Shown here piece after piece: positions 17,936-28,006 of a DNA stretch of 64,000 nt. The DNA comes from Candidatus Binatia bacterium (GTDB lineage Bacteria; Desulfobacterota; Binatia; HRBIN30). Position 1 is the stretch's first letter; every line of letters begins with the position of its first letter. The translations under genes were made by a program, and so were the position numbers. The stretch lies in contig JBBRSP010000001.1 in assembly GCA_038245295.1 (NCBI GenBank), positions 1 to 64,000 of the forward strand, in the 5' to 3' direction. The notes beneath the pieces are model-generated. The model was not told the origin of the DNA and did no database searches. It was given only the letters and a program-made list of their open reading frames with translations.

Positions 17936-18892
17936 CTACTGAATGGAGCGGAACCAGTCGATCGTGCGAGCGATGCCGTCGCGCAGCGGGATGTCGTTCG
18001 CCACTTTCAAGATGGTGCGCATCTTGGTGTTGTCCGGCACGCGGCGCGGGATGTCCTCGTAACTCGAGCCGTAGACCGCTTCCTTGTCGACGAACTTGAT
18101 CGTCGACTTCGATCCGCCGACCTCGATCATGAGCTTGGCGAGGTCGAGGACGGTGGTTTCGACATTGGTGCCAATGTTGAACACCTCGCCGTCGGTGCCC
18201 GCCTCGAGTCCAGCGGCCATCGTGGCGCGGATACAGTCCTCGATGTAGGTGAAGCAGCGCGTCTGCATACCGTCGCCGATGACCGTTAGTGGTTCATTGC
18301 GCAGCAGTTGGCCCATGAAGATCGTGATGATGCGCCCGACGTCGAGCTTGTCGAGGCGTGGTCCGTACACGTTGAAGTAGCGGGTGATCGTGATGGGTAG
18401 GCCCATGCGATGATAGGCCAGGCAGAAATGTTCGCCGACGGCCTTCGAGGTCGAGTAACACCAGCGGTCGATTTTTGTCGAACCGAGGACGCGGTCGTCA
18501 TCTTCGCGCCACGGCACCTTCGGATTGCGGCCGTAGACTTCGGATGTCGAACCAAAGACGACCTTCTTGCCGTGTTTGAAGGCGAGTTTGAGGACATTCT
18601 GGGTGCCGTTGACGTTGACGTTGAGGACTTCGTACGGATCGCCGACGTAGTGCTCGACGCCAACGACGGCGGCAAGATGGTAGATCAGGTCGCAACGGGC
18701 GACGAGTCCCTCGATGATTTCGAGGTTAAAAACACTGTCGCGCACGTAGTGGAACAGTGGGTTCCCTACGAGATGACGGGTCTTCTGCACACTGCCGGTA
18801 TCGAGGACGAAGACCTCATCTCCGCGCTGCAGGAATGCATCGGCCAGGTGGGATCCGACAAAGCCGCCGCCACCGGTGATGAGTACCTTCAT
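17936..18892 (-). CDS. NAD-dependent epimerase/decarboxylase (stand-alone, ArnA C-terminal-like)
   Basis: TGGGGFVGSHL, STSEVYG, RWCYSTSK, RYFNVYGP, QTRCFTY; ATG 18892 coupled to the upstream stop. Confidence 0.85.
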   Translation of the reverse strand: MKVLITGGGGFVGSHLADAFLQRGDEVFVLDTGSVQKTRHLVGNPLFHYVRDSVFNLEIIEGLVARCDLIYHLAAVVGVEHYVGDPYEVLNVNVNGTQNVLKLAFKHGKKVVFGSTSEVYGRNPKVPWREDDDRVLGSTKIDRWCYSTSKAVGEHFCLAYHRMGLPITITRYFNVYGPRLDKLDVGRIITIFMGQLLRNEPLTVIGDGMQTRCFTYIEDCIRATMAAGLEAGTDGEVFNIGTNVETTVLDLAKLMIEVGGSKSTIKFVDKEAVYGSSYEDIPRRVPDNTKMRTILKVANDIPLRDGIARTIDWFRSIQ

Positions 18893-19812
18893 TCTAGTTG
18901 CATCCCTTCTGTGATCCGGTTGATTGACGCCCACTCGCTGCCCGAGCGCTCCGTATCACCGTCCAATTGAACGCGGTCGAGGAGCACCGTGCCCGTTCCC
19001 GTCTGAACCTTCAAGCCTTCCGGCTCAAGGAATAATGTTCCCGGCTTAGCAGAACTGCCGGTGTTTGCGGCGACTCGCGATGCCCAGACGAAGAGTTTCG
19101 TCTCCTTCCACCAGCAAAATGCTCCGGGGTAGGGGTGAGTCACCGCGCGCACCAGGTTGAAAATCTGCCGGGCGCTCTGTGTCCAGACAAGGCGACCATC
19201 GTCGGCCGTGCGGCCACCGAAGTAACTCGCCGCCTGATGATCCTGGGGGACTTTCGGCGCCGTGCCGTCGCGTAGCTGGGGAATGACTTCTTTCAACAGC
19301 GGTCCAGCTGCGGCGGTTAGCTTATGGAAAAGCGTCAGGGCTGTGTCCGCGTCAGTGATGGGTACCGATCGCTGGGCGACGACTTCACCGCGATCGGGTT
19401 TCTCTTCCATATAATGCAACGAAACGCCGGTTTCGTGTTCATCATGGATCAAGACCCAGTTCACCGGGCAGCGGCCGCGGTATTTTGGCAACAAGGAGCC
19501 ATGGAGGTTGAGGGCGCCGCGTCGGGCAATCTCGAGCAGCGGGCGCTTGAGGAGTTTGCGGTAGTAGAAGGAAAAAATAAAATCCGGCTGCAGCTCGGTG
19601 ACGCGGGCTACCCACTCTGCCGTATTGACGTTCTCGGGCGCGTACACGGGAATGCCTGCGGCTTCGGCGACCTTGCGTACCGAACCAAACCAGACATTTT
19701 CGCCGGGATCGTCGTCGTGGGTGAAAACGGCGGCCACCTCGACGCCGGCGTCGAGCAGGGCTCGCAAGCAGACACAGCCGATATCGTGGTAGGCGAAGAC
19801 GACGCAGCGCAT
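18889..19812 (-). CDS. UDP-Ara4N formyltransferase (stand-alone ArnA N-terminal domain)
   Basis: VVFAYHDIG, FSFYYR, NLHGSLLPKYRGRCPVNW, YFGGR, VRAVTHPYPGAF. Confidence 0.9.
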   Translation of the reverse strand: MRCVVFAYHDIGCVCLRALLDAGVEVAAVFTHDDDPGENVWFGSVRKVAEAAGIPVYAPENVNTAEWVARVTELQPDFIFSFYYRKLLKRPLLEIARRGALNLHGSLLPKYRGRCPVNWVLIHDEHETGVSLHYMEEKPDRGEVVAQRSVPITDADTALTLFHKLTAAAGPLLKEVIPQLRDGTAPKVPQDHQAASYFGGRTADDGRLVWTQSARQIFNLVRAVTHPYPGAFCWWKETKLFVWASRVAANTGSSAKPGTLFLEPEGLKVQTGTGTVLLDRVQLDGDTERSGSEWASINRITEGMQLE

Positions 19813-19814
19813 GC

Positions 19815-20807
19815 TCAGCGCCCTTGTTGGTGGATGGTGCGGATGCGGTAGGTCGGACGGCGCCGGACTTCCAGGTAGATGCGCCCGACATACTCGCCGA
19901 CCAGCCCGACGGCGAGGATCAAGATACCGATGAAGACGAAGAGAATGGCAAACAGGGTGAACACGCCTTCAACCTCGGGGCCGACGAAGAAACGGCGGAT
20001 CAACAGGAAGAAGCCGAAACCGAGACCGAGGAGGGCGACCACGATGCCGGCGAGACTCATCAGTTGAATCGGCAGCAGCGAAAAGCCGGTAATTAGATCG
20101 AACGAAAGGCGCATCAATTTGAGCAGACCGTATTTGGAGGTTCCCTGGAAGCGTTCGGAATGGCCGACTTCGATCTCGGTGGTGCGCTTCGCCAACGAGT
20201 TCGCGAGGGCTGGGATGAAGCTCGATCGTTCGTCGCAATCGACGATCTGTTGAACGATGCCGCGGCGGTAGGCGCGCAGCATACATCCATAGTCGTTCAT
20301 CTTCACGCCGACGGCGGCGGCGGTCATGCGGTTGATCACCGCCGAGGGCAGCGTGCGTAGCAGCGAATCATGGCGCTCTTCGCGCCATCCGCCGACAACT
20401 TCGTAACCTTCTTCGATCTTGGCAACGAGGCGCGGGATCTCTTCGGGCGGATTTTGCAAATCACCGTCCAAGGTCACGATGATCGCACCGCGTGCGGCGG
20501 CGAAGCCGGCGAGGACAGCGGCGTGCTGGCCAAAGTTGCGAGTCAATTCGATCACGCCGACCGTCGGGTCCTGTTGGCCGAGGTTTCGCAAGATCTCGAG
20601 TGAGCCATCCGAGCTGCCGTCGTCGACGAACCAGATCTCAAAGGGCCGGTTCATCTCGGCCATGACTTTGGCAAGACGCTCGTAGAGCTTGGGTAGGTTC
20701 AGGGCCTCATTGAAGATCGGGATGACGACGGAAACGTCGGTTTCCGGTTTCGACGTCGTCGGAGTGGCCAGAAGATCCGTGCGCGGCATACCGTCGACTT
20801 CGAGCAT
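19815..20807 (-). CDS. arnC: Undecaprenyl-phosphate Ara4FN transferase (GT2)
   Basis: RNFGQHAA, TLDGDLQNPPEEIP, DYGCMLRAY, SFIPALA, GEYVGRIY. Confidence 0.88.
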   Translation of the reverse strand: MLEVDGMPRTDLLATPTTSKPETDVSVVIPIFNEALNLPKLYERLAKVMAEMNRPFEIWFVDDGSSDGSLEILRNLGQQDPTVGVIELTRNFGQHAAVLAGFAAARGAIIVTLDGDLQNPPEEIPRLVAKIEEGYEVVGGWREERHDSLLRTLPSAVINRMTAAAVGVKMNDYGCMLRAYRRGIVQQIVDCDERSSFIPALANSLAKRTTEIEVGHSERFQGTSKYGLLKLMRLSFDLITGFSLLPIQLMSLAGIVVALLGLGFGFFLLIRRFFVGPEVEGVFTLFAILFVFIGILILAVGLVGEYVGRIYLEVRRRPTYRIRTIHQQGR

Positions 20808-20845
20808 AGCGGCGGCATTGTTGCAACGTGACCGTCGACGGGCGT

Positions 20846-22213
20846 TCAGATCATGTAGTCTTTGCGTTGCACGTTGTACTTGTGCAGCTTCTGATAGAAG
20901 TTCTGCCGTTGCAGTCCGGCTTCGCGTGCGGCGCGGCTGATGTTCCCATTGTGACGACGCAAGCAGTCGACGATGTAGTAGCGCTCGAACTCGTCGCGCG
21001 CGGCGCTCAGGCTCTTGATGGCGACGGCCGGCCGTGGCGCTTCGACGCCGCGACTTAATTCGTACGGCAGGTCGTCGGGGGTGAGTTCTTCGCCGCAGGC
21101 CAGCAAACAGGCGCGCTCGATCACATTCTCGAGCTCGCGCACGTTGCCTTGCCAGCGATGCTGGCGCAGCAACTGGGCGGCGAGGGGGTCGATTCCCCTG
21201 GCCGTGCCGGTGGCGCCGTGTTTGCGGAGGAAGTGATGGGCCAACGGTAGGATGTCGTCGGTGCGTTCGCGCAACGGCGGCAGTCGCAGCGAGACGACAT
21301 TGAGGCGGTAGTAGAGATCCTCACGGAACTCACCCGTCTTGATGCGCTCGAGAAGGTCGGCGTTGGTGGCGGCGATGACGCGGACATCGATCTTGATGGT
21401 GCGCTCGCCACCGATGCGTTGGATCTCGCGCTCCTGCAGCATGCGCAGCAATTTTACTTGCAAGCGCGGCAGGAGCTCGCTGATCTCGTCGAGAAAGAGC
21501 GTGCCGCGGTCGGCCTGTTCAACGAGACCTTTCTTGGCTGCATGGGCGCCCGTGAAGGCGCCGCGCTCGTAGCCGAACAGCTCACTCTCGAGGAGCTCCG
21601 ATGGAATCGCGCCGCAATTGATGGCGACAAACGGGGCGGCGTTGCGCGGCGATTGCAGGTGCAAGGCGCGTGCGATCAGTTCCTTGCCCGTGCCGCTTTC
21701 GCCGCTGATCAGGACGGTGGCGGCGGAGGCGGCGACACGCTCGACGACGCGAAAAACCTCCTGCATCGAGGCGCTCACACCGACCATGTTGCTCTTGCCA
21801 AAGCGCTGCGCCAACTGGTCGCGCAGGTTGCGGTTTTCTTGCACGAGCCGGAAGTGTTGGGCGGCGCGATCCACCTGGCGACGAGCTTCGTCGTTGGTAA
21901 ACGGCTTCTGTAGATAGTCGAACGCTCCGGAGCGCATCGCCTCGACCGCTGTTTCGATGGTCGCATAAGCGGTCATCATGATGACCAGTGTGTCGGGGCT
22001 GATGCGGCGGATCTCACGCAAGACATCCATGCCGTTCATTCCGGGCATCATGAGATCGACGAGGGCGATCGCGTAGGCATTACGCCCGCAGGCTTCGAGC
22101 GCCTCGGCTGGCTGGGAAAAGGAATCGACGGTCATCTCGTCGCGCTGCAGGGCTTTGCTGAGTGAGCGACAGAGGTTTACTTCATCGTCGAGAAGGAGCA
22201 TGGAAAGAGTCAT
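20846..22213 (-). CDS. Sigma54-dependent NtrC/AtoC-family response regulator
   Basis: Receiver domain (DD, DLMMP, KP), GESGTGKE, intact GAFTGA, LFLDEI, Fis-type HTH. Confidence 0.95.
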   Translation of the reverse strand: MTLSMLLLDDEVNLCRSLSKALQRDEMTVDSFSQPAEALEACGRNAYAIALVDLMMPGMNGMDVLREIRRISPDTLVIMMTAYATIETAVEAMRSGAFDYLQKPFTNDEARRQVDRAAQHFRLVQENRNLRDQLAQRFGKSNMVGVSASMQEVFRVVERVAASAATVLISGESGTGKELIARALHLQSPRNAAPFVAINCGAIPSELLESELFGYERGAFTGAHAAKKGLVEQADRGTLFLDEISELLPRLQVKLLRMLQEREIQRIGGERTIKIDVRVIAATNADLLERIKTGEFREDLYYRLNVVSLRLPPLRERTDDILPLAHHFLRKHGATGTARGIDPLAAQLLRQHRWQGNVRELENVIERACLLACGEELTPDDLPYELSRGVEAPRPAVAIKSLSAARDEFERYYIVDCLRRHNGNISRAAREAGLQRQNFYQKLHKYNVQRKDYMI

Positions 22214-22214
22214 C

Positions 22215-23741
22215 TTACCTCACGGCGGCGGTTGCGATGGCGGCGGTTTGAACAAATGGTAACGGCAAGGTGATGGTGAAGAGGCTGCCCTCGCCTAGGG
22301 CGGATTGGACGGTAATCTCTCCTCCATGGGCGTGGATGATGCCGTAACTGACGGCGAGTCCCAGGCCGAATCCGGTGCCGCCCTTTTTCGTGGTGAAGAA
22401 AGGATCGAAGATATGTTCGATGTCTGCGGCACTTATGCCGCAGCCATGATCGTCAAATTCGATTACGGCGCTTGGACGCGGCTCGGTGGCAACCCCGGTT
22501 CGAATTCGAATCGTCCCCTGACCACCCATCGCATCGACGGCGTTCATGAGCAGGTTGAGAAACACCTGCTGCAGTTGCAGAGGGTCGGCGCGCAAGGTGG
22601 GGACATCAGGATCCAGTTGCCATTGCACGGACAAATCGTGCGCGCGCTCATCGCGCACCGCAAGCATGAAAGTGTCATGAAGCAACGTGTTGATGTCGAT
22701 CTCTTGCGGATGCGGTTCGCCACTCGCCGCAAAGTTGAGGAGGCCCTGGATGATGCGCCGGCAGCGCTGTGTTTCGCCTTCGATGATGGCGACGTCTTCC
22801 GATAGCGGATGTTGATCGTGCAAAGCTTCGCGCAGGTTGCCTGCGGTGGAAAGGATGATGCCGAGGGGGTTGTTCAGCTCGTGCGAGACGCCGGCGGCCA
22901 GCATGCCGACGGCGCTCAGGCGTTCGGCGCGACTCAAGCGGGCGCGAGCAACCTTAAGGTTGCTATAGAGCTGATTTGACTGGCGCAGGGCCTGATCCTT
23001 CTCTTCCACCGTGCGTTGAAGCGATTGCGCCAGTTGATTGAAGGTGCGCGCCAAACGCCCGACCTCGTCGGCGCCACGTGGCTTGACGCGAATCGTCAGG
23101 TTGCCACCGGCAAACTCCTCGGCGCCGTCATTTAGTTCCATCAGCGGGGCAACCGTTTTCCGCGTCCACCACGCGATGAAGGCGAGGGCGCTCGAAACCA
23201 GGATCGCCGTGATGCCGAGCAGACGCCAACGCAAACGGCTCACCTGGCGCGACAACAGATCGAAGGAGACCCCGAGACCGAAGCCTGCGACGTTTTTACC
23301 GCCGACGATGATCGGCGTGAGCAATTCCATGGAACGATCGCTGACGCGTAGGGCGTTGCGACCGGCGCGCAGACGCCCCACCTTCGGTAGGTTTCCTTGC
23401 GGAGCGAGGTCCGTATCGGGATCGGTCGCCAGAGCCAACACTCTGCCGTCTTGGAAGATGAACGCGTAGGCGAAGTCGCGGTCCTCGACGACCGGCTGGA
23501 GCTCCTCGGATAAAGAGTCCAGGTCGCCATCGGCAAAGACGCTCGACAGGCGCGAACTCGTGATCAACATCGTGGTCTTGGCCTTTTCGTAAAGAATCTC
23601 TTGCATCTCACGCCGCTCGTCACGAACGAACAGCGCCGTGGACAGGACAAGACCCGCCAAGAGCATCGAGGTCATTCCGATGCTGAGGCGCCTACCGATC
23701 GAGGCGTTGATGAAACGTACGATACCTTTCAATCGGTTCAC
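22215..23741 (-). CDS. HAMP-domain sensor histidine kinase
   Basis: Two TM segments, DEVGRLARTFN, HELNNPL, NLLMNA, DHGCG, FDPFFTTK, GLGL; start uncertain. Confidence 0.93.
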   Translation of the reverse strand: MNRLKGIVRFINASIGRRLSIGMTSMLLAGLVLSTALFVRDERREMQEILYEKAKTTMLITSSRLSSVFADGDLDSLSEELQPVVEDRDFAYAFIFQDGRVLALATDPDTDLAPQGNLPKVGRLRAGRNALRVSDRSMELLTPIIVGGKNVAGFGLGVSFDLLSRQVSRLRWRLLGITAILVSSALAFIAWWTRKTVAPLMELNDGAEEFAGGNLTIRVKPRGADEVGRLARTFNQLAQSLQRTVEEKDQALRQSNQLYSNLKVARARLSRAERLSAVGMLAAGVSHELNNPLGIILSTAGNLREALHDQHPLSEDVAIIEGETQRCRRIIQGLLNFAASGEPHPQEIDINTLLHDTFMLAVRDERAHDLSVQWQLDPDVPTLRADPLQLQQVFLNLLMNAVDAMGGQGTIRIRTGVATEPRPSAVIEFDDHGCGISAADIEHIFDPFFTTKKGGTGFGLGLAVSYGIIHAHGGEITVQSALGEGSLFTITLPLPFVQTAAIATAAVR

Positions 23742-23753
23742 CCTCGATTGTTG

Positions 23754-23769
23754 AGCAACCCGTGTACCA
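23754..23769 (-). promoter_or_regulatory. Sigma54 -24/-12 promoter facing the kinase/regulator/arn genes
   Basis: Minus strand TGGTAC-ACGGG-TTGCT (GG-N10-GC). Confidence 0.6.
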
Positions 23770-23843
23770 AAGGTCCTAGCAGGTTCCCGGTGTCATGCTC
23801 GTGTTCTCTTTGAAGACGACGAGAACCAACGTCACGCTCGGAT

Positions 23844-23882
23844 TGTCTGAATTTGAGCACAGAGTGTCAATAATTCGTGACG
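23844..23882. promoter_or_regulatory. Tandem candidate enhancer (bEBP) sites
   Basis: TGTCTGAATTTGAGCACA (23844-23861) and TGTCAATAATTCGTGACG (23865-23882): TGT-N12-AC(A/G), 21 bp apart. Confidence 0.45.
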
Positions 23883-23958
23883 ATCGGACCGACCGATCGA
23901 CATGTTAGCGTGACGCGCGAGGGGAGCCATCCCGGTTCTCCGAAGCCCTCCGACAATT

Positions 23959-23974
23959 TGGAACAAGGCTTGCA
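23959..23974 (+). promoter_or_regulatory. Sigma54 -24/-12 promoter for the 24017 gene
   Basis: TGGAAC-AAGGC-TTGCA (GG-N10-GC). Confidence 0.7.
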
Positions 23975-24016
23975 CTAGCCACCCGGCGATACAGGAGCGA
24001 CGAACGGAGGCCCGAC

Positions 24017-24352
24017 GTGCGTTTGATAGAACCAGACATCCTAAATTGTGCGGGGGATCAACGTCCCGGCAGTGCGGAAGTCATCTCGGAGCGCCGCTTG
24101 ATGGCGGCAATCCTGGCGGACGCTTTCGACTGTTACCAGAAGTACATGTTCACGAGTAACGTTCGTCGGCGTAAGCTTTTCCGCGAAGCGGAACAGTGGA
24201 TTCAATCTGACGAATATTGGGTGTTCTCGTTCCTCAACATCTGCGAGGTGCTTGGTCTCGATGCGCCGGCGCTACGCGATCAAGCTGGGCGTTGGCGACG
24301 CGACCAGGTCGCCGAAATGTTGCATGTGACGCACGCCGAAGTGGCGGCGTAG
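24017..24352 (+). CDS. Small conserved-looking hypothetical protein
   Basis: GGAGG RBS; helical ERRLMAAILADA...FREAEQWI...FSFLNICEVLGLD pattern; upstream sigma54 promoter. Confidence 0.75.
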   Translation: MRLIEPDILNCAGDQRPGSAEVISERRLMAAILADAFDCYQKYMFTSNVRRRKLFREAEQWIQSDEYWVFSFLNICEVLGLDAPALRDQAGRWRRDQVAEMLHVTHAEVAA

Positions 24353-24374
24353 CTTGCGTTGCACGCTGAATGTC

Positions 24375-27300
24375 TCAGCGTGCGACCTCGATGTGTGCTT
24401 GATCCACCCGAACCAGGGGCTCAGGGATGTCGCGTGTCGCGGCGTCGAACTCCAGAATCAGAACTGAGTGGGCGCTGAACGCCGTTGCACGGGCGGCCGC
24501 GATGTTGAGGACACCTTGATCGTCGCGGCTTGCCAGCAGCGTACCCACCTTCTTGCCGGCGATACGCGTTCGACGCCAATGTAGCCTTGTAGCGTCGTAG
24601 CGAACCTGGAGATCCAGCGAATTGAAGTCGGTCGTGTTGTCGATGACCAACGGCACGCGCACGCGCGCCGAGTGATGTAGATGCCGGGCGCGGCCGACGA
24701 CGAGTTTTGTTGTGTCGAGCACCGCCGCCTGGCTTGGGGCCTGAGGTGCTGTCCAGCTACCGTCGACATCGCCATACAGAATGCCGCTGAAATCGTGATG
24801 TGCATCGTCGCTGCTTAGATTGGGCAGTTGAACGGCTCCGGACCGGCAGGGGGTCAGGGTGGGGGCAGTACTGATCGGTGTACCGTCACTGCCGTTGTTG
24901 ATCGGTAAGAAGGCCCAATCGCTACCGCACCTGCCTGCTACGGGCAGGGCACTCAGCTGGCCAACACGGAGCTGTAAGATCAGGGATGCGTCGATGGCCG
25001 AGACGGTGCCGCTGGCATTGGTGTCGCCGGCCAGGATTTGTTCGGCGGACAAGGACCGCGAACCAACCGCCGCCTGCAATACGAACACGGCGTCGAGCGA
25101 GGAGATGCCATTGCGCATCAGCCCCCAGAGCTGTGGTGTCACGGTGGTCGCGCCTGGGAGTGCAACGGTCGAATAGTCACCGTTGCTAAGGGTTGTGGTG
25201 TCGGTTGCAACCGTACCCGCCTGCTGGACCAAGACGCCGCCGACGGGCTCAGCATTTGAGTAGTAACGGACGTTTCCATCGACGCGGCAGGCGGCGGCCA
25301 CGTCACCTCCGCTGGTTTGGCACGGGACGGTGTTGTCGTTGAGGCTGCAGCTAGTCAGGGCCACGGCGGTAGTACTGCCACACGGAGTAAGCACGGTAGC
25401 TTCAAGACTAGCGAGCATTCCGCTTGCTGTGATTGGTGTGGGGCACTGGATGCTGATGCCGACGACTCCGGTCACGGACAGGTCCGAAGAAATCGTGCAT
25501 TGCGTTGTCACTGGGCCGGCCACCACTGCGGTCGCCGCGAGGACAGCGCTGTCGTAGTCAATCTGCAGCACGATGCCTTGCACACCGTTGTTGGCGCCGA
25601 TGCTGATGGGAATCGCCACGGTCGATGCCTGCGCCGCCAGATTGCCAGGGGCGATCTTCACCTGAACCGCGGCAGGTTGTGGCGTTGGTGTAGGTGTGCG
25701 TGTCGGTGTGGTCGTTCGCGACGCGGTTTGTGTGATCGAAGGCGTCAGCGTTGGGCTTGGTGTCGGGGTCGTCGAAGGCGTCGCTGATGGAGTAGGGGTG
25801 ACCGTCGCGGTTGCTGTGATCGTCGGCGTGTGGCTGGGGGTATGCGTGTGTGTCGGTGTGGCGGACGGCGTATCGGTCGGAGTCGGCGTCGTGGTTGGGG
25901 TCTGTGTCTCGGTGTACGTGGGCGTGTTCGACGGGGTGTCGGACGGCGTGGGTGTTGCCGATGGTGTGGGTGTGTCCGTCACGGTCGCCGTCTCGGTTGG
26001 CGTCGCGGTTTCGGTTGCGGTTGCCGTGATTGTGGGCGTATCGGTTTCGGTCGCTGTGGCCGTGGTGGTCGGCGTATCGGTAGGAGTGTCTGTGATTGTC
26101 GGCGTTGCGGTGACCGTTGGCGTGTCGGTGTCTGTCGGTGTTACGGTGCTCGTGGCCGTGGACGTTGCCGTGTCGGTTTGAGTCGGAGTTGCGGTCTCGG
26201 TCGGTATCTCCGTGACGCTCGGCGTCCTGGTAATTGTCGGGGAGGGTGTTTCCGTCGGCGTATCGCTTGGCGTCGCGGTTGGGGACGTCGTCGGAGTGTC
26301 GGACGACGTCGGGCTTGCGGTGGAGGACTGTGTCGGTGTTGCCGTCATGGTCTCTGTCGGACTGCCGCTTGGCGTTGACGTGAGCGAAGCGGCAGTCGTC
26401 GCGGTGGGTGAAGGGCTGGGCGTAGTGGTTGCGGTTCGCGTACTCGTGCCTGTCGCGCTCGGGGTCGTCGTTATGGTTGGCGTCGCGGTGCTTGTTGCTG
26501 TTCTTGTTACGGTCCCGGTTCGAGTCGCCGTGGGCGTTACGGTGGCGGTTCGGGTGATCGTGGGGCTGGCGGTATGTGTCGCCGTTGGGCTTGGGGTCGG
26601 GCCGCTGAATGGATAAACGAACGTCGCGGCGTTGATGTCGTCGGTATGGACGGCGGCACATCGGCCGTCGTTGTGGGCGGCGTAGTACATGGTCGCGTCT
26701 TTCAACGTCGGGTTTGTTTCCGCCGAATTTTCCGATGAGTGGCCGAACCCGAGGGTATGCCCGAGCTCGTGGGTGGCGACCTCACTCACAAAGCACGTGT
26801 TCCACACCGTGCAGGAACCCCAGCCGTTGTTGAACATGATTTTGCCGACAGTGATGTTAGTGAACGTCGTGCCGTTGACGACGGTCGTCAAGTTCCCGGA
26901 GCAGTAGCCACCGATCGCCAGAATTCCGCCGCAGCCGCTCGGGTTGCTCACTTCTTCTCTCGGGTCGTTGAACAGCACACGGTTGAAGGTGCAACCGCCG
27001 AACCCGATCGGCGTCGGTGTAGGCGTTCCGGGGCCACTTGTGGGTGTTGGCAGGACGGTTCCGCCGTGCGCCAACACAATTCCGGCGCTCGGGATATTGG
27101 TCCAAGCGGCGAGGGCGTTGGTGACGGCGGTGATGCTGTTGGCGCTGCCTAGCGTCAGATCGGTGTCGCTCCGGTAGGTGACCGGAGTGCCTGAGTCGGC
27201 TTCGAACCAGCGTGCCGGCGGGGAGGACAGCAACGTGAACGCTTCGTGGTACTCGACGAGCGGCGTGTCCAAGTCATTTCCGCGGGGGGCGACGGCAAGG

Positions 27301-27893
27301 CGAGGGCCGGCCGCGCTCGATCCGGCGAGCTGGCGCAATTCCGTCAGGAGCGGGGCGAGCAGGCGGGTTTCGGGCTCCGCATCTGCCAGGGCTCCCGTCG
27401 ACGGGACGAAGACGAACGCGCCATGCCCAAAGTCACGCACCGCGGTAGCCTCGCCATCCGCATTGATCGTCACGGAGAACTTTCCCATCGCGAGGCTGTA
27501 CGTACGCAAGTAAGACTGAGGATCGCGCTCGAGGAACAACAGGCTACGTTCGCCAACCCAGAACTGGGGTGCGCCGAAGATCCACTCGTGCTGATCGCCG
27601 ACGCTGCCGCCCGGTTCGCGAAGGATGACCTCCGGACCGGCGAGAACACCCTTGACCAGCTCGTTGGGGATGAAGTGGACGAATGTGACGATTCCTTGGT
27701 TCGTGGGATCGACCGCGGATTCGACCTGGGTGACGGTTGCGGTCAGGACGAACTCGGATTGTGCGACGAGGGTGGCAAGGTCCGTCTTGATGAATGTCGA
27801 CGGTTGGGCGGATCCCGCAAGCAGGCCGACGAGCAATGCAGCCCCGAGTAGGACGGGGCCGCTTATGCCGTAGCGAATCGTTCTGAGAACCAA
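24375..27893 (-). CDS. Secreted matrixin/metzincin protease with ~300-aa Thr/Pro linker, cohesin-like, dockerin-like and C-terminal cohesin-like domains
   Basis: Signal peptide; [11 protein letters not shown] plus Met-turn ATMY; TPT repeats ~25680-26600; VAIPISI...[29 protein letters not shown]. Confidence 0.85.
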   Translation of the reverse strand: MVLRTIRYGISGPVLLGAALLVGLLAGSAQPSTFIKTDLATLVAQSEFVLTATVTQVESAVDPTNQGIVTFVHFIPNELVKGVLAGPEVILREPGGSVGDQHEWIFGAPQFWVGERSLLFLERDPQSYLRTYSLAMGKFSVTINADGEATAVRDFGHGAFVFVPSTGALADAEPETRLLAPLLTELRQLAGSSAAGPRLAVAPRGNDLDTPLVEYHEAFTLLSSPPARWFEADSGTPVTYRSDTDLTLGSANSITAVTNALAAWTNIPSAGIVLAHGGTVLPTPTSGPGTPTPTPIGFGGCTFNRVLFNDPREEVSNPSGCGGILAIGGYCSGNLTTVVNGTTFTNITVGKIMFNNGWGSCTVWNTCFVSEVATHELGHTLGFGHSSENSAETNPTLKDATMYYAAHNDGRCAAVHTDDINAATFVYPFSGPTPSPTATHTASPTITRTATVTPTATRTGTVTRTATSTATPTITTTPSATGTSTRTATTTPSPSPTATTAASLTSTPSGSPTETMTATPTQSSTASPTSSDTPTTSPTATPSDTPTETPSPTITRTPSVTEIPTETATPTQTDTATSTATSTVTPTDTDTPTVTATPTITDTPTDTPTTTATATETDTPTITATATETATPTETATVTDTPTPSATPTPSDTPSNTPTYTETQTPTTTPTPTDTPSATPTHTHTPSHTPTITATATVTPTPSATPSTTPTPSPTLTPSITQTASRTTTPTRTPTPTPQPAAVQVKIAPGNLAAQASTVAIPISIGANNGVQGIVLQIDYDSAVLAATAVVAGPVTTQCTISSDLSVTGVVGISIQCPTPITASGMLASLEATVLTPCGSTTAVALTSCSLNDNTVPCQTSGGDVAAACRVDGNVRYYSNAEPVGGVLVQQAGTVATDTTTLSNGDYSTVALPGATTVTPQLWGLMRNGISSLDAVFVLQAAVGSRSLSAEQILAGDTNASGTVSAIDASLILQLRVGQLSALPVAGRCGSDWAFLPINNGSDGTPISTAPTLTPCRSGAVQLPNLSSDDAHHDFSGILYGDVDGSWTAPQAPSQAAVLDTTKLVVGRARHLHHSARVRVPLVIDNTTDFNSLDLQVRYDATRLHWRRTRIAGKKVGTLLASRDDQGVLNIAAARATAFSAHSVLILEFDAATRDIPEPLVRVDQAHIEVAR
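25680..26600 (-). repeat. Coding low-complexity Thr/Pro linker repeats
   Basis: TPTxTxT units throughout the translation. Confidence 0.9.
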
Positions 27894-28006
27894 GTGGGTT
27901 TCCGCCTGCCATCCCCATGGTTTGGCGGGTTACATCTTACGCTGGACCGAGACGCCGGGCAAGCTCATTGCGGAGCCCCGCCAGATCGTGGCGGGCTCAC
28001 CACAGC

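Noticed and set aside
25696..26616. Opposite-strand Val/Gly-rich ORFs (also 35745-36251 and 37117-37779)
   Set aside because: They are antisense shadows of Thr/Pro codons.
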